Source: Nageia nagi | Lineage: Eukaryota; Plantae; Pinophyta | NCBI GenBank assembly: GCA_050084985.1 | Contig: JBITNC010000001.1 | Coordinates: forward strand, 96,906,001-96,970,000 | Direction of reading: 5' to 3' | Length of the DNA stretch: 64,000 nt | In this document: positions 41,165 to 53,739 of the stretch, piece by piece | Numbering within the stretch: the first letter of the stretch is position 1 | Layout of the letters: each line of letters begins with the position of its first letter | Program-made: the position numbers and the translations under genes | The notes under the pieces: generated by a model | The model's database searches: none | Told to the model about the DNA's origin: nothing | What the model saw: the letters and a program-made list of their open reading frames with translations, nothing else

Positions 41165-41217
41165 GGTCACGGAGCAGATTCGAACCTAGGTCGGTCTCCT
41201 CTAATCCCAGTGACTTC
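41165..41217 (-). promoter_or_regulatory. tRNA/SINE-like head with a Pol III B-box at the LINE 5' end
   Basis: Minus strand GAAGTCACTGGGATTAGAGGAGACCGACCTAGGTTCGAATCTGCTCCGTGAC; GGTTCGAATCT at 41176-41186; no clear A-box. Confidence 0.55.
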
Positions 41218-41226
41218 AAAGTGCTT

Positions 41227-43410
41227 AAAAAACTAGAAAAAAATAAATTTGTTAGTCTATTGGTAGATAATTTAAGGAAGAATGATCATCACGATTTTTG
41301 TTCATTGTCCTGATGATTCTTAATAATGGTGATCCACCAATAGAATGTAATGTGAGATTTATTTATGGAAATTAGGAAGGGTATAGAAGATGCAATTTAA
41401 ATATGACACAATTGAAAAAATATTATGAAAATGCATATGTGAAAATAATATATCAAGATGGAATAGTTAGAAAAATAAATCATAAAGGATGAGACTAAAT
41501 ATTTTCATAAGAAATATGAAATTGAATATAACAAGATGTTGGAAGAAAAACAAATTCACAATCAAACTAGCATCACAATTACATCACAATATAAAAAAGC
41601 AAAAGAAAAAATTTAGTTTCAAAAAGTTTACAATTTATAGTTATTTTTTTATCTTCTAAAACAAGGTAGGACAATAATAGATTTTTACGATCATAAAACA
41701 CTTTTTGATTTAGTAGGTGTGCAGCACCTTCCATGTTCTCATTGGTCTTATCAAATTGGTTGGGAAATGGTAAAATGTCTTGCATTGGTCAAAAGAGAAG
41801 GTTTAATAGAAAGTGTAAAAAAATCAAGATTTGTTTCTTTATCAATTGATGAGGTAACTTTGGTAGATAGCACATCCTAGGTATGTATACATGTTTAAAT
41901 ATTCATTGAACATGTTAGAAAACCCCATTTGCTAACAATACATAGAATGAAAGAAGCTTTTAACTCAAAATACCTTTTCAATCTTATTGTAAAAAGTTTG
42001 AAAGAGATTACAAATTTAGATGATGTGGAAATTTCAAGAAAGCTAATATGTGTAGGTATAAATGGTGCCTCAGTAATGCAAAGAAATAGAAATGGATTTT
42101 GTATTTGAATTCAAATATTAGTTTCTCTATATATGATTCTTATTCATTGTATGGCTCATAGATTGAATGTTGCATACAAAATAGTAACCACATATACTTG
42201 TGTGGCCAAAGTGAAGGAATTAATAGATAAGTTGTATGCATACTTTTCAAAAAGCTCCAAAAGGAATTTTGAATTCCAATAATTTGCTCTTGGAAAATCT
42301 GATGGAAAAAGAATGGTGAAACATGTGGAAATTAGATGGATTTCAATGTTTAAACCTATAGAAAGAGTATTTGAACAATATAAATTTTTGATAGATTTTT
42401 TTTATCAAAATAGAAGAGCTATTGATAGAGCCAAGGATTTATTGTATCACATGATAGAATTGGAAACATTGTTAATATTATGTGGAATGATACCAATGTT
42501 ATATGAAATGAACAAATTTATCAAGATGGCTCAATAAATATCTATATATATAATTGATTTCATAAGTGAAAGGAAATGAGTATGATGGACTATTAACAGG
42601 TTGTATGAAACAAATTTTACAGATCCATTATTTAAGAATTGGAATTCATTGACAAACATGAAAAATATAAAAAGTCTTTTAAGATTCAATAATGTTGATA
42701 GAATTTGTATCAATGTCAATGGAAATGATATTCCTCTATATTGTTTTGAAAGACAGGATGTAGTATCATCCATTGAAATTGAATTTGAGCAAGTTCCTAT
42801 GACATCCATCAAATTTGAAACAATTTTTCAAGAATCAAGGATTAAGTTAAGAAACATTACAGATACATTAAGAAAAAAAATTAGAGAAAGATTTCATAGA
42901 GATGATTTGCTTGAAGCTATGGCTATGATGAATTTGAATTTTTTGAATCCAATTTTGGATTACAACAATAAAAGTTAATTTTTTAATAAACATATGGAGA
43001 ATATTGTAACTCATTTTGGAAGAACTATTAAACTAAATAGTGTTGAGATAAAAGGAATTCTAGAAAAAAAGGATTTGATTCAACAATCTAAAACTTTTAG
43101 CTTGATAATGGTTGGTCAGTTTAAATAATTATTGAATCTATTAGAGCTTGGTTCTATAACATGATTGAGTAAAGAACTGTATCCAAGTAGTATGCTATGA
43201 GATTCAATGTTAGAGTATTTTAATTTATGTGAACTTTGTCAGATAATAATTTTGGGTTCCATGGAAGATAAAAGGGATTTCAATGCTTTGCTTTATATTA
43301 AATAAAAAATATGAAATAGATTGGAGGAAAATCTTAAAATTTATTTGAGAATTTATGTCTCACATCATACTTTGAAAATATTTCTCTATGACAGAGTAAT
43401 AGCATTATGA
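41227..43410 (+). pseudogene. hAT-superfamily transposase remnant (ZNF862/DUF4371-like)
   Basis: HWSYQIGWEMVKCL, FVSLSIDEVT, NGASVMQ, IHCMAHRLNVA (CxxH), KHVEIRWISM, and a GSMEDKRDFNAL...NRL dimerisation-like end; many stops. Confidence 0.85.
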
Positions 43411-43756
43411 AAATCATTAAGTGAGAGAAGGGGAGTAAATCAAACAAATGAAAAGGAAGATGAGGATATCTTCATACATCACATTGTGAATGTCTTAGAA
43501 GATTCATATGCATGTACTAATGGAACTGGTTCTCTAATGAACATGTTCCAACTACCATATTTATAAGTTAATTATTTTACTTTGGCATGTACTATAATTT
43601 ATTAGGAACTTCTTGGATTTTTCAATGTGGATGGAATTGAATGTGGTTTTTTAACAATGTTATACAAACATTGTATTTGACATTTGTTAAGTTAGATTAA
43701 ATTCTTGATTGTTATTATAATTTCTATGATGAATGCATGCATATTGAATCTTGATT

Positions 43757-43985
43757 CTTAACATAGATAATCATTTGTGTATTGACACAGATGATCATTA
43801 GTGTCTTAACACAAATAACCATCTATGTTAAGACACTGATAATTATCTATGTGATCATCTATGTCAAGACACTGAAGATTGTTTGTGTGAATATACTAAT
43901 GATTATTTGTGCGAATACACTTATGGTTATTTGTGTCAAGACACTAATGATTGTCTGCATTAATACATTGGCAATCTTATGCATT
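43757..43985. repeat. 24-bp minisatellite with a GATGATCATC core
   Basis: gatgatcatctgtgtcaagacact-like units. Confidence 0.75.
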
Positions 43986-44559
43986 TGAAAAGTACATGCA
44001 AATGCTAATTTTTTGCTTGAACATGAAATGATTCAAAGAATCACCATTGTAGATCACCATTTCAATAGTAATAAACTTTGAACATAGTTGCTAATGTTAA
44101 ATCTATCATTCAAAATATATACTTATGCAAACATTTAATGATTCATAATATACTTTTTCATACTAAAAATGCTTTTGTTCATGATTCATGGGCATTACTA
44201 TTCATTTCAATTGTTTAATATCTTATAACAATGATTCAAAAAATACCATTTTAAATAAACATTTCAATAATTTGAAACTTTTATCATAGTTACAAATGCT
44301 AACATTCAAAATGCATATTTATGTAAACATTCAATGATTTGAAACATACTTAAAAAATTTTTGCTCATACTTATGCAAACACTTAATGTCTAGCAACAAT
44401 TATAATGATTTTAAAAAAACTTGCTTACATTATCAACAATGCCACAACATCAAATGAGTATAATGATTCTTTATAAAATTAAAAACACTTTGTAAAATTT
44501 CTAATAAAAAAAGTTTCAAACATCCAAATTCCCACTTCATGATTAAATTTGAATTACTA

Positions 44560-47500
44560 TATTTTGAATAATGTCTTCAGCATTCTCTTGAATCTCCTCA
44601 CTCTAATCCTTAAGAGTAGTATCTTTAGCAAATGTAGGTTGGGATGTTGAACCCAACTCTACTGTTGTTAATACTCCTATTTTTACTATATCCAATGTTT
44701 GAACTAAGCTTCTCAACTCTTTCCCTCCATTTTCTCCTAGTAACTCAATAACTTGAGTCTCCTTTTATTTTTGCTTCATCAAAATGTGGTATTCCATATT
44801 ATGCTCCTTTATTATTAATTTCAATGTGTTATTATCCTTTAAAGATTTAAGGAGCTTCTACTTCTCTGTATATGCATTTAGTAGGCTCTTCCTTGGCTTT
44901 TCAACTTCAACAACAAAGTTGTTTACTTGTTTTTTCAAGTTATCAAAGTTGGACTAAAAATTAAAGCAAATACCATATTTAGATATGAAAACTAAAATAA
45001 AATAAGAAAATGAAATTACAATACATATTATATATACTACTAAATTCCTTACAAAATTCTTACCTTTGCTACATCTTTTGCAACTTCAAAAATTTCCACC
45101 TTTTGTATATCAGTGTTCCAAGATTTGTAATAGGCTTTACCCTTGACATCTAAATTTTCTAACTTGGTTAAAATGTGATTCAAATCAATGTTTGTATACA
45201 AGGAAGCAAATTTTATCTTTCTTGATGTGGCTGCTTTAAAATGTGCCACAAGCTTCTCTTGAGAATTTTTCAACTCATAAAATATCTTTTCCCTCTTCTC
45301 ATGCTTTGCAAACCTTGCATTGATCTCTTTAAATTGTACTTTTACACAAAATTCCCACATCTTCACACTCAAAAAGTTAGGAAGAATAGAATTCTTAATT
45401 ATTGCCTCTACATTTGAGAGAATTAAACTATCAATTGAAATACATGGATATAAACCTTCCTCTTCTTATTCTTCTTCTTTAGTGGCTATATTTCCAATCA
45501 TAGTTTAGTGTGTTACTCACTCTAGAGGCTTCTATCTTGTAGCAACTTGATGTTGATGCTCTTTCCCTTTACCTTCATCATGCATAGTGCCTCACTCTTC
45601 TACCATTACCTTTAGTTAATCCTCATCAAGTTTAGGTGTACAAAGACCTATAGTATTACATATTGCTGAATTAACATTAAAATTTGGGATATCGCTAATT
45701 CATGAAATATTATACAGGCTAGAAGCTTTGAATTTAATTATTCTTCTACTTATCCCTTTTTGAGTATATGTAGCTCTTCCACTAACTAAAATATTTTGTA
45801 AAATATCTAATGGAATCTATTTGCCTCTTAGATGCACTTGAACTTAACCTCTCATTGAAGTAATAGGGGGTGGAAGTGTTGCTTGCAAAATAATGGGTTG
45901 TTTCTAAGGAATTGAAATATTGGGCCTCACACCTTCAAAAACTTAAATTTGTTGGATTAACTATAACATACTACACTATAAATAATAATAAATAGAAAAT
46001 GATTTGAAGGCATTCATCTAAGACTACTTTGCTTACCTTTTGGCTCCAAGACTTGTGTGGATTTTGTGTAAATGGGTTTTTCCTATGTTACTTGCACTAC
46101 TGGTGGTGGAGAAACTAGAGTTGGAACCATATTTGCATCTATAATCAATGAAAAAAATTTAAAATATTTAAAAACTAGAATAAATCATTATTTACAATCT
46201 CACATACAATCATCTAATTGAATTTAATGATGATCATTTGTGTCATCATACAGACAGTCCTTAGTTTCTTCTCATAGATGATCATCTATGAGATTGCACA
46301 TATGATCATCAATGTCATTTCATATATGATCATCTTTAATATAAACTTGATGATTATATAATCAAATTTACTAATGATCATTTTTATCATCATACAAATG
46401 ATACTTCATGTCTTCTCCTAGATGATCATCTATGAGATTGTATAGATGATCATCAGTGTCATTTCATAGATGATCATCAATGATATTGCACGAGCTATCA
46501 TCAATGCAGTCTCACTACTGATCCTTTATGCAATCTCACTAATAATATTCTATTCAATCTCATTGATAATCATCTATAAAATGAAACTAATGATCATATA
46601 TGTAATCTCATAGACTCATAGACTAACTATTAGTGTATTTTGTTCAAATAAAATATGAATACCTTGGATAGAAGAGTTGTGGCATGGTAGTTATTCAACT
46701 TCATTATCATCATCAATATTAATTTGAGTATTTTGTTTACATAAAGGAGAAGGGATGTGATTTTGGTATGACATAGCAGAATTATGGATAGAATTTAATA
46801 TGACTTGTTCATTTCACCTATTCCTCTTTGAATATTTTCTCAACAAGGGTGAATCAATTAATATCCAAAATCTTCAGGCTATATTACTCTTATTGTATCC
46901 TTTTTGTGAAAGTTTGAATCTATTTCCTTTCTTTGTATTAAGGATAAATATAATTTTTAATGAATCATAAATCATCATAGCTAGGTTCTTCAATTCCATA
47001 ATATAATTATCAATTTTATACTAAATACACCAATTAAAAATGTAATAAAATATTCTATTACCTACACTTCCTCTACAGTAAGTGTCAATGATTTCAGCTA
47101 ACCATGACCAATTATTAGAGGTGGGGTACTTTATAGACAATAAAGATCCTCATAGTATAATGAAAGCAAATGATTATAGCTAGAAAAGTAAACATTTTAG
47201 GAACTTTATATTTTCACAATCCCAATGTCAGTTCTAATCCTATTTGCAATGAAAGAGACCCAATCAAATCTTTTATGCTCAATACATATCAAAATGTAGG
47301 AAAACACCCAAAATGAAATATCCAATGCTCTACCCTATAAAACTATTCTAGCCTAGAAAATCTCTATGACAATCTTCAAGAGAGGGTTCTAAACATCTTG
47401 CAAGTTGAGGTCCCTTCTTGAGGGATTTAAGCTTAGTACAAAAAGTATACTAAATTATCAAATCTTTAAAAGTAAAATAACTTACAAAAGAGTAAAAAAA

Positions 47501-47980
47501 CACATCAAAAAATTAAAGAAATTATTGGAATCAAAATAAGTTAAAACAAGATAAGAAAAGTTAAAAACTATTTCACCTATTAAACATTCAACCTGGATAT
47601 CATAGTTTACTTCCAAATGTATTTTATCTTTGTCACTTAATAGAGCCACCTTTGTATTGACTAGCTCCTCAACATCCTTGTATGAAAGACTTGTCAACCT
47701 ATGTACATCAAAGGGTTTGATAGAGAAATAAATAGGTTTCTCATGGACTATCATTGTAATATTAAAATTTTTATTATCAAATGAGTTGATAATTGCATCA
47801 TGAAGAGGCATATCATTCATAAATGTTCCCATTGAAACCAACAACATAAGGTCATATTCTTGCAACTAGCTAAATTCATATCTAAGAGTGGTAAGAATCT
47901 CATCAATCTAGGTGCAAATAAGATTCTTATAATTGTACAATGCTACAGTAGTCATTATGATAGCATTGGAAGTTGACATG
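44560..47980 (-). pseudogene. Unidentified decayed multi-exon coding remnant, probably a TE accessory gene
   Basis: ORF fragments 45049-45372 and 47482-47865 with protein-like composition, separated by AT-rich intron-like gaps; family not recognised. Confidence 0.35.
46225..46620. repeat. 24-bp minisatellite with a GATGATCATC core
   Basis: catagatgatcatctatgagattg-like units. Confidence 0.8.
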
Positions 47981-48254
47981 GTGATGTTGTGTAGTGAGGA
48001 CTCAAGGAAGGGGAGTATTTATAATGTATAAGGGTAATGAATAGCTTGGAAAGTTGCATGGGGAAAGGAGGGGCAAGGGGGCACAAAGGTAACTACAGAT
48101 CCAGAGAGGTCAAAGCAATAAAATGAGGTAAAAATGACCCATGGAAGCCCTTTTATAAGACTTGATACTTGTTAGCATTTATGATGTATGATCACATTTA
48201 ATGTCATTTCCAACAAGTCATTTTATTTGGAGTGCAAACAATTGATAACATCAA

Positions 48255-48750
48255 TGTATATATGATCATCCACATAAAAGCATAGATGATCATTTATACA
48301 AAAGCACAAAAGATCATCTATATAAAGCATAGATGATCATATACTCTTTTGTACAAACTATCATCTGCACATTTTTTCAAATGATCATCTGAATATTTTT
48401 GCAAATAATCATATGTATATTTGTGCTTTCAATCATCTTTCAAATATGTAGATGATCATCCTCCCTTTGTGTATATGATCATCTTTATTAAAGCACAAAT
48501 GATTATCTATATAACAATGTTAATGATTATCTATACTTTTATACATATGATTATATGAAATTTAATAAAGTTGATCATCTGCACTTTTATGTAGATGACC
48601 ATATTTAAATTTATGTAGGTGATCATCTATAATTTATACAGATGATCATTTGCACTTTCTATAAATGATCATCTACACTTTTACATTATCGATCATCTCT
48701 AGAATGTGTAGATGATTATCCACACAAAATGGCAAATGAATCATCTATCT
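48255..48750. repeat. ~23-24-bp minisatellite with a palindromic AGATGATCATCT core
   Basis: About 20 degenerate units such as gcatagatgatcatttatacaaaa and gtagatgatcatctgcactttt. Confidence 0.8.
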
Positions 48751-49159
48751 ATAAGAATCAATCATCATAATTTCATAAAACTAAAAAATAATATATATCA
48801 CCAAAAATTTACAACTTTAAAAAAAATTAATTTTTATACTTACCCTATGTGACTTTCAAACACCATTCGCCATGACTTCGAATCGTGTTCGTTAAATTTG
48901 AAAATTTTATTTTCACCATCGTTCCTTATTCATAACCTTTCTTAGGAGAACATGGCTTTGGCATCCCATCCTCATCAAAATAAATTCAATCCTCATAGGA
49001 TGAACAAATGATATGATCTCATCATCATCAAAACTCGATATAGTGATATTTGCTTTAAAAAATAATATATTAGTAGTCACATTAAAATTCACATATTATC
49101 TAAATAAAAATAAAATCAAGGGTTTAGGATTTAAGATCAAACATCAAAACTTATTTTTT

Positions 49160-50650
49160 GGGGCTAGGGTTTAGGGTTTTGGCTATTAGGGTTTACAAAT
49201 AAAAATTTAAAAACTAAGGTTAAAAATATTAACTTAGGAATTAGTGTCAATGGTTTAGGATTTTAGGTACCAACAAATAAATAAATAAAATAATAATAAT
49301 AATTTTAATATTAATAAAATAAGACATAATAAAATAAAATAAATATGTTAATGAAATAAAGATAATTTTTAAGTTTCCAAGTTTTAGGTGTTAGGGTTTA
49401 AATACTAAACCCTAAATCATAACCCCTAAACTCTAAACCCTAATCCTAAGGTTGGTTCCTAAGTGCTTCATCAAATCAAACAGTTTAAGTGCATCCTCTT
49501 TATAGCCATGAATTACATAAAATATAATCATTGTATTTCATAAAACCTTAATGCTAACCCTACACCCTAACCCTAACCCACAACCACACCATAACCCTAG
49601 TCTCTTAACACTCTAATCCACACCCTAACCTTGACAATGTAGCCCACCACCCTGATCCTAACCCCTTAATACCCTAAGCCACACCATAATAATAATAATA
49701 TTTTTAATATTAATAAAATATGATATAATAAAATAAAATAAATATAAGAAATATTTTTTTATCATCAAGATTCCTTGGAAGAAAAGGTGATTGAAAAAAA
49801 ATAACTATCAAGTTTTAATTAAAGAAGGTGAACCAATCATAACCCCTAAACCTAAACCCTTAACTCCTAATCCCTAACCCTTAAACCCTAACCCTAAGGT
49901 TGGTTCCCAAGTTCTTTATTAGATCAAAGATTTTAAGTGCATCCTTGTTATATCTATGAATTGCATAAAATTGAATCATTATATTCCATAAAATCTTAAC
50001 CCTAACCCTAACCCCTTCACCTTTGACCCTAAATATCTTAACCCATAACCCACACCCACACCCTAATCCTAACCCCTTAATACCCTAACTACCCTTAACC
50101 CCTTAATACCTTAATCATATGCCCTAACCCCACACCATAACCCCTTCATTGTAACCCCTAACCCTAACCCTAATCTTGTAATACCCTAACCCACACCCAC
50201 ACTCTAACCCAAAACCTAACCCCTTCACCCTTTATCCCACATATCCTAACTCATAACCTAACCACTTAATACCCTAACCCCTTCACCCTAACCCACATCT
50301 TAACTGGACCTAACCCCTTAATACCCTAATCATATGCCCTAACCCTAACCCACACCCTAACCCATAACCTAACCCCATTACCCTAACCTTACACTCTAAT
50401 TCTAATCCCACATCCTAACACACACACTAACCCCTTCACCCTTGACCCCACATATCCTAACCCACATCCTAAACCCTTAATACCCTAACCAAACCTAACC
50501 CATTAATACTCTAATCCTACACCCTAACCCTAAACTACATCCTAACCCTAAACCCATACCCTAACACACACCCTAACCCTTCACCCTAACCCCTAACCCT
50601 ACACCCTTACCTTAATCCTAACCTACACCTTAACCCATAAACACACCCTA
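49160..50650. repeat. Degenerate telomere-like region: G-strand motifs to ~49400, C-strand (mostly CCCTAA) afterwards
   Basis: tagggtttagggttt at ~49165; accctaaccctaacccacaccctaac runs at 49995-50650. Confidence 0.85.
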
Positions 50651-51049
50651 AGGGCCTCATTTTTGAAGGTTCAATAAACCTAGAGGTACAACATAGTCTA
50701 GCATTATTCAAATTTTTATTTTTATTTATGTTTGGGGAGGGAGGAATTTATAAAATTCTACATAGAATTTAGGGTGGATTGATAAATTTCTAAACATACT
50801 CCATATAATTTGTTATCTTGATGGATAATGCAAATAAAAACATTTATAATAGAATGATTCTAATAAAAAACCAAGTAAAATGATACTTAATTGGACTAGA
50901 ATGATGCCTTGGCTCAATTTCAAGCTCCGATTAAGACTCCCTTGCTTTCTCCCTTGCTTAATTGAATTTGCAATGCTTGGAGGCTCCCTAGCTTGATTTA
51001 TAGGGTTTTTACACCTCATAATGATCATGTTATGAAATATGTGACCTTT

Positions 51050-52479
51050 ATTATATATTTTATGTACACATAAATCAAGGCACTCACACCCATAACATTT
51101 GGTGTAAAACCATTTTCAACTACTTTTGATGGATGTCTGTACTATCTTCTAGAGCTCCCATGGTGGTACATACTAGAAGAATGCTAGAAAAGATTACAAA
51201 GTTGGGTTTTACTCTTGATAATTTCATATTCCTAAAATTCTCTAGGGGCTTTTTAGAAAACCCATCTTGTACATATCATGTGATTATTGCAATCCATGAA
51301 ATTATGTTTGCATCATGCATCTTGTCAAATAATTCACATGCCTTCTCTATGCTTCCATATTTTGCATACATGTATATTAGATCATTCACATCCATAAAAT
51401 TCAATACAAAACCATTTTAAAGTAATCTTTTATGGATTTACATACCTTCTTCTAGACCTCCCATGATGGCACATGTTAGAAAAATGCTTCCATATTTTGT
51501 GCATATCCTGCCATCACTATAGTCCATGAAACTATATTTGCATCATGCATCTTAGAAATTAAGTTCCAAGCTTCCTCAAGATAGCATGTATGACCAAGAA
51601 GGTCAATAATTTATTTGTAATGATTCTTATAGGAATCATGCATTAAGAGTCACTCATACTTTTTAAGTATTTATAGCCCTCATCCACTAGACCTACATGG
51701 TTGGTGCAAGTAAAATACATACAAATGTTACACTATTAGGGATGGTCCCTAAGTGCTTTAGTAGATCAAAGAGCTTAAGAGAATCCTTGATGTAAACATG
51801 AATTGCATACCCTCTAATCATTATAGTCCATGAAATTATGTTTGCATTATACATCTTATAGAATAATTCTCAAGCCTTGTGCATTCTTCCATATTTTACA
51901 TACATGGCTATCAAGGCATTCACAACCAATTTGGAATTCATTTCATACATGAAGGCTCTTCACAACTCTCATAATAGTTTTGAAGGGATTTTTTAACAAC
52001 CTAAATATAATTACCAACTCTTCACTATGTTGGTAGAGAAAAATTTCTTTGTCATCAACCTACATATCATGCAACGTAGGTATGATGTTTGGAATACACC
52101 CTGATAACTTCATCATAATAGATAATTTCTCTAATTTTCCATATATCTCCTATGTTTTTAGGTGTAATCAATCTCTTATAAGAAAAGCACGTACCCTTTT
52201 ATCAATTTCAATCCAACTACATCCAACTATCTTCTTGATTTCTTTATCTTTCATCAATATCCTTACTCCTTGGACATCATCCCAAATGCCAACATTAGCA
52301 TAAATATTTGAAAGAAGAATATAATAAAATGGAGCATTTTTAGGATCCAAAAAAAAAAGTATTGTTATCACAAATTCCCCATTTCCTACATTCTTATGTG
52401 ATCTTCAAGCACCAAGAAGACACATCCACATACCCAAATCAAGTTGTATGGGCATATTGATAATGAAGTTCAAAGCTTC
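51050..52479 (-). pseudogene. PLS-class PPR pseudogene: S2-E1-E2-E+ and truncated DYW, followed by further PPR motifs
   Basis: EALNFIINMP..MWMCLLGA; YILLSNIYANVGIWDDVQGVRILMKDKEIKKIVGCSWIEI; HSEELVIIF..RVVKSLHV (decayed HSEKLA..RIxKNLRVC). Confidence 0.9.
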
Positions 52480-53739
52480 TATAGACCTAAAGTAATACAA
52501 TTAATTTTTTTAAGGGGATTAATTAATGCATTATTGGTCTACTTTTTGTTATTTACATATATCAAAATTATGACAATGATATTTAGTTGGCATACATGTT
52601 CATTTTATCTCAATTGCATATTCAATCAATCAACAACATCATACATCAAAAACAAACATGCATTCATACATTAATACACCATTAATAGCCTAATCAAGGC
52701 ATGCCACTGATGGCATGGAATAAGACAAACTAGAAGTGAGAAAAGAAATATAATATACTTTAATGATCAAGTAATCATATAATAAATATGCAATAATAAT
52801 AATAAATGATATTTGTTTAATTATAGACTTGATATTATCAAGGGTTTTCATTTGGTCTTATTATGGCTCCTATAATATCTTGTAGTCTAGTTCTAATATT
52901 CTATCTGATCTTCAATTGATAGAGTCTACCACTTTGGAACCCCTTTTTTGGTTCCCCTTGATGTCTTTATATAACAACACTTCCATTACAAAATTTGACC
53001 CCTTGGTCATGATATAATGGTCCATTACATGAATTAATTAGCTTTGGGTATTTTTAAACCCTTTCTACATAATACATCATTAAGGCTCTAAAATAAAGTA
53101 ATTAATAAATAATAATTCACTTTTAGGTGTCCACATTTTGCCCTTATTTGGAGCTATGATTGAAGCCATGAAATTACATGTCCAAAGAAGAAGTGTAGAA
53201 GAAACATTTTTAAGAACTTTGAACTCTTTGATGTACTATTCCTTGTTGTTGAATATGATGAATGATGATGATGAGGGTCCCTTGCTACTCCCTTTTGACT
53301 TGGATGCCTAGGAAAGGTCCTTGAATGGTGCAATGAAGGTAAAATCTATTGAAGAGTCTCTATCCATGAATGATGTTGTGTAGCTGATGGAAATAACTAT
53401 GATGATGCAGGTGGATGGTCCCATATCCAATTTTGGAGATGGAAGATCTATTTTTTTCTCCTTGTATTACTTCAACCATGAATTTGTTCATTCCATAATG
53501 TTTGATACTCAAGAACCATTTTCATTTTCATCCATGCCTTGAAATAGAGAGGATTTTCTTTAACTTAGATGAAGTGGTAATGAAATGGATGCCATTGGCA
53601 GTGTAGGGAATAGTGTGCACACCATTGATAGCATGGAATTATTTTGTATTTTCTTCTATCTTTTGGGATTTAGAAACCTATAATAAAGTGTTAATAATAC
53701 CATACATGTAAATAGTATGGATGCATAGTGAATTGTGTC

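Larger units (their letters stand above)
35072..41217 (-). mobile_element. L1-clade LINE, near full length and young
   Basis: TSD AAAGTGCTT at 35063-35071 and 41218-41226; poly(A) tail (T run to 35080); ORF1 plus ORF2; GC and CpG content much higher than the flanks. Confidence 0.97.

Noticed and set aside
41165-41217. A true tRNA gene
   Set aside because: No D-arm/A-box and poor T-stem pairing; it lies inside the LINE TSDs.
35912-41313. Short plus-strand ORFs over the LINE
   Set aside because: Antisense shadows of GC-richer coding sequence with no recognisable motifs.
33845-48750. CRISPR-like reading of the palindromic repeat arrays
   Set aside because: Eukaryotic context; spacers are ~12 bp and related to each other; no cas genes.
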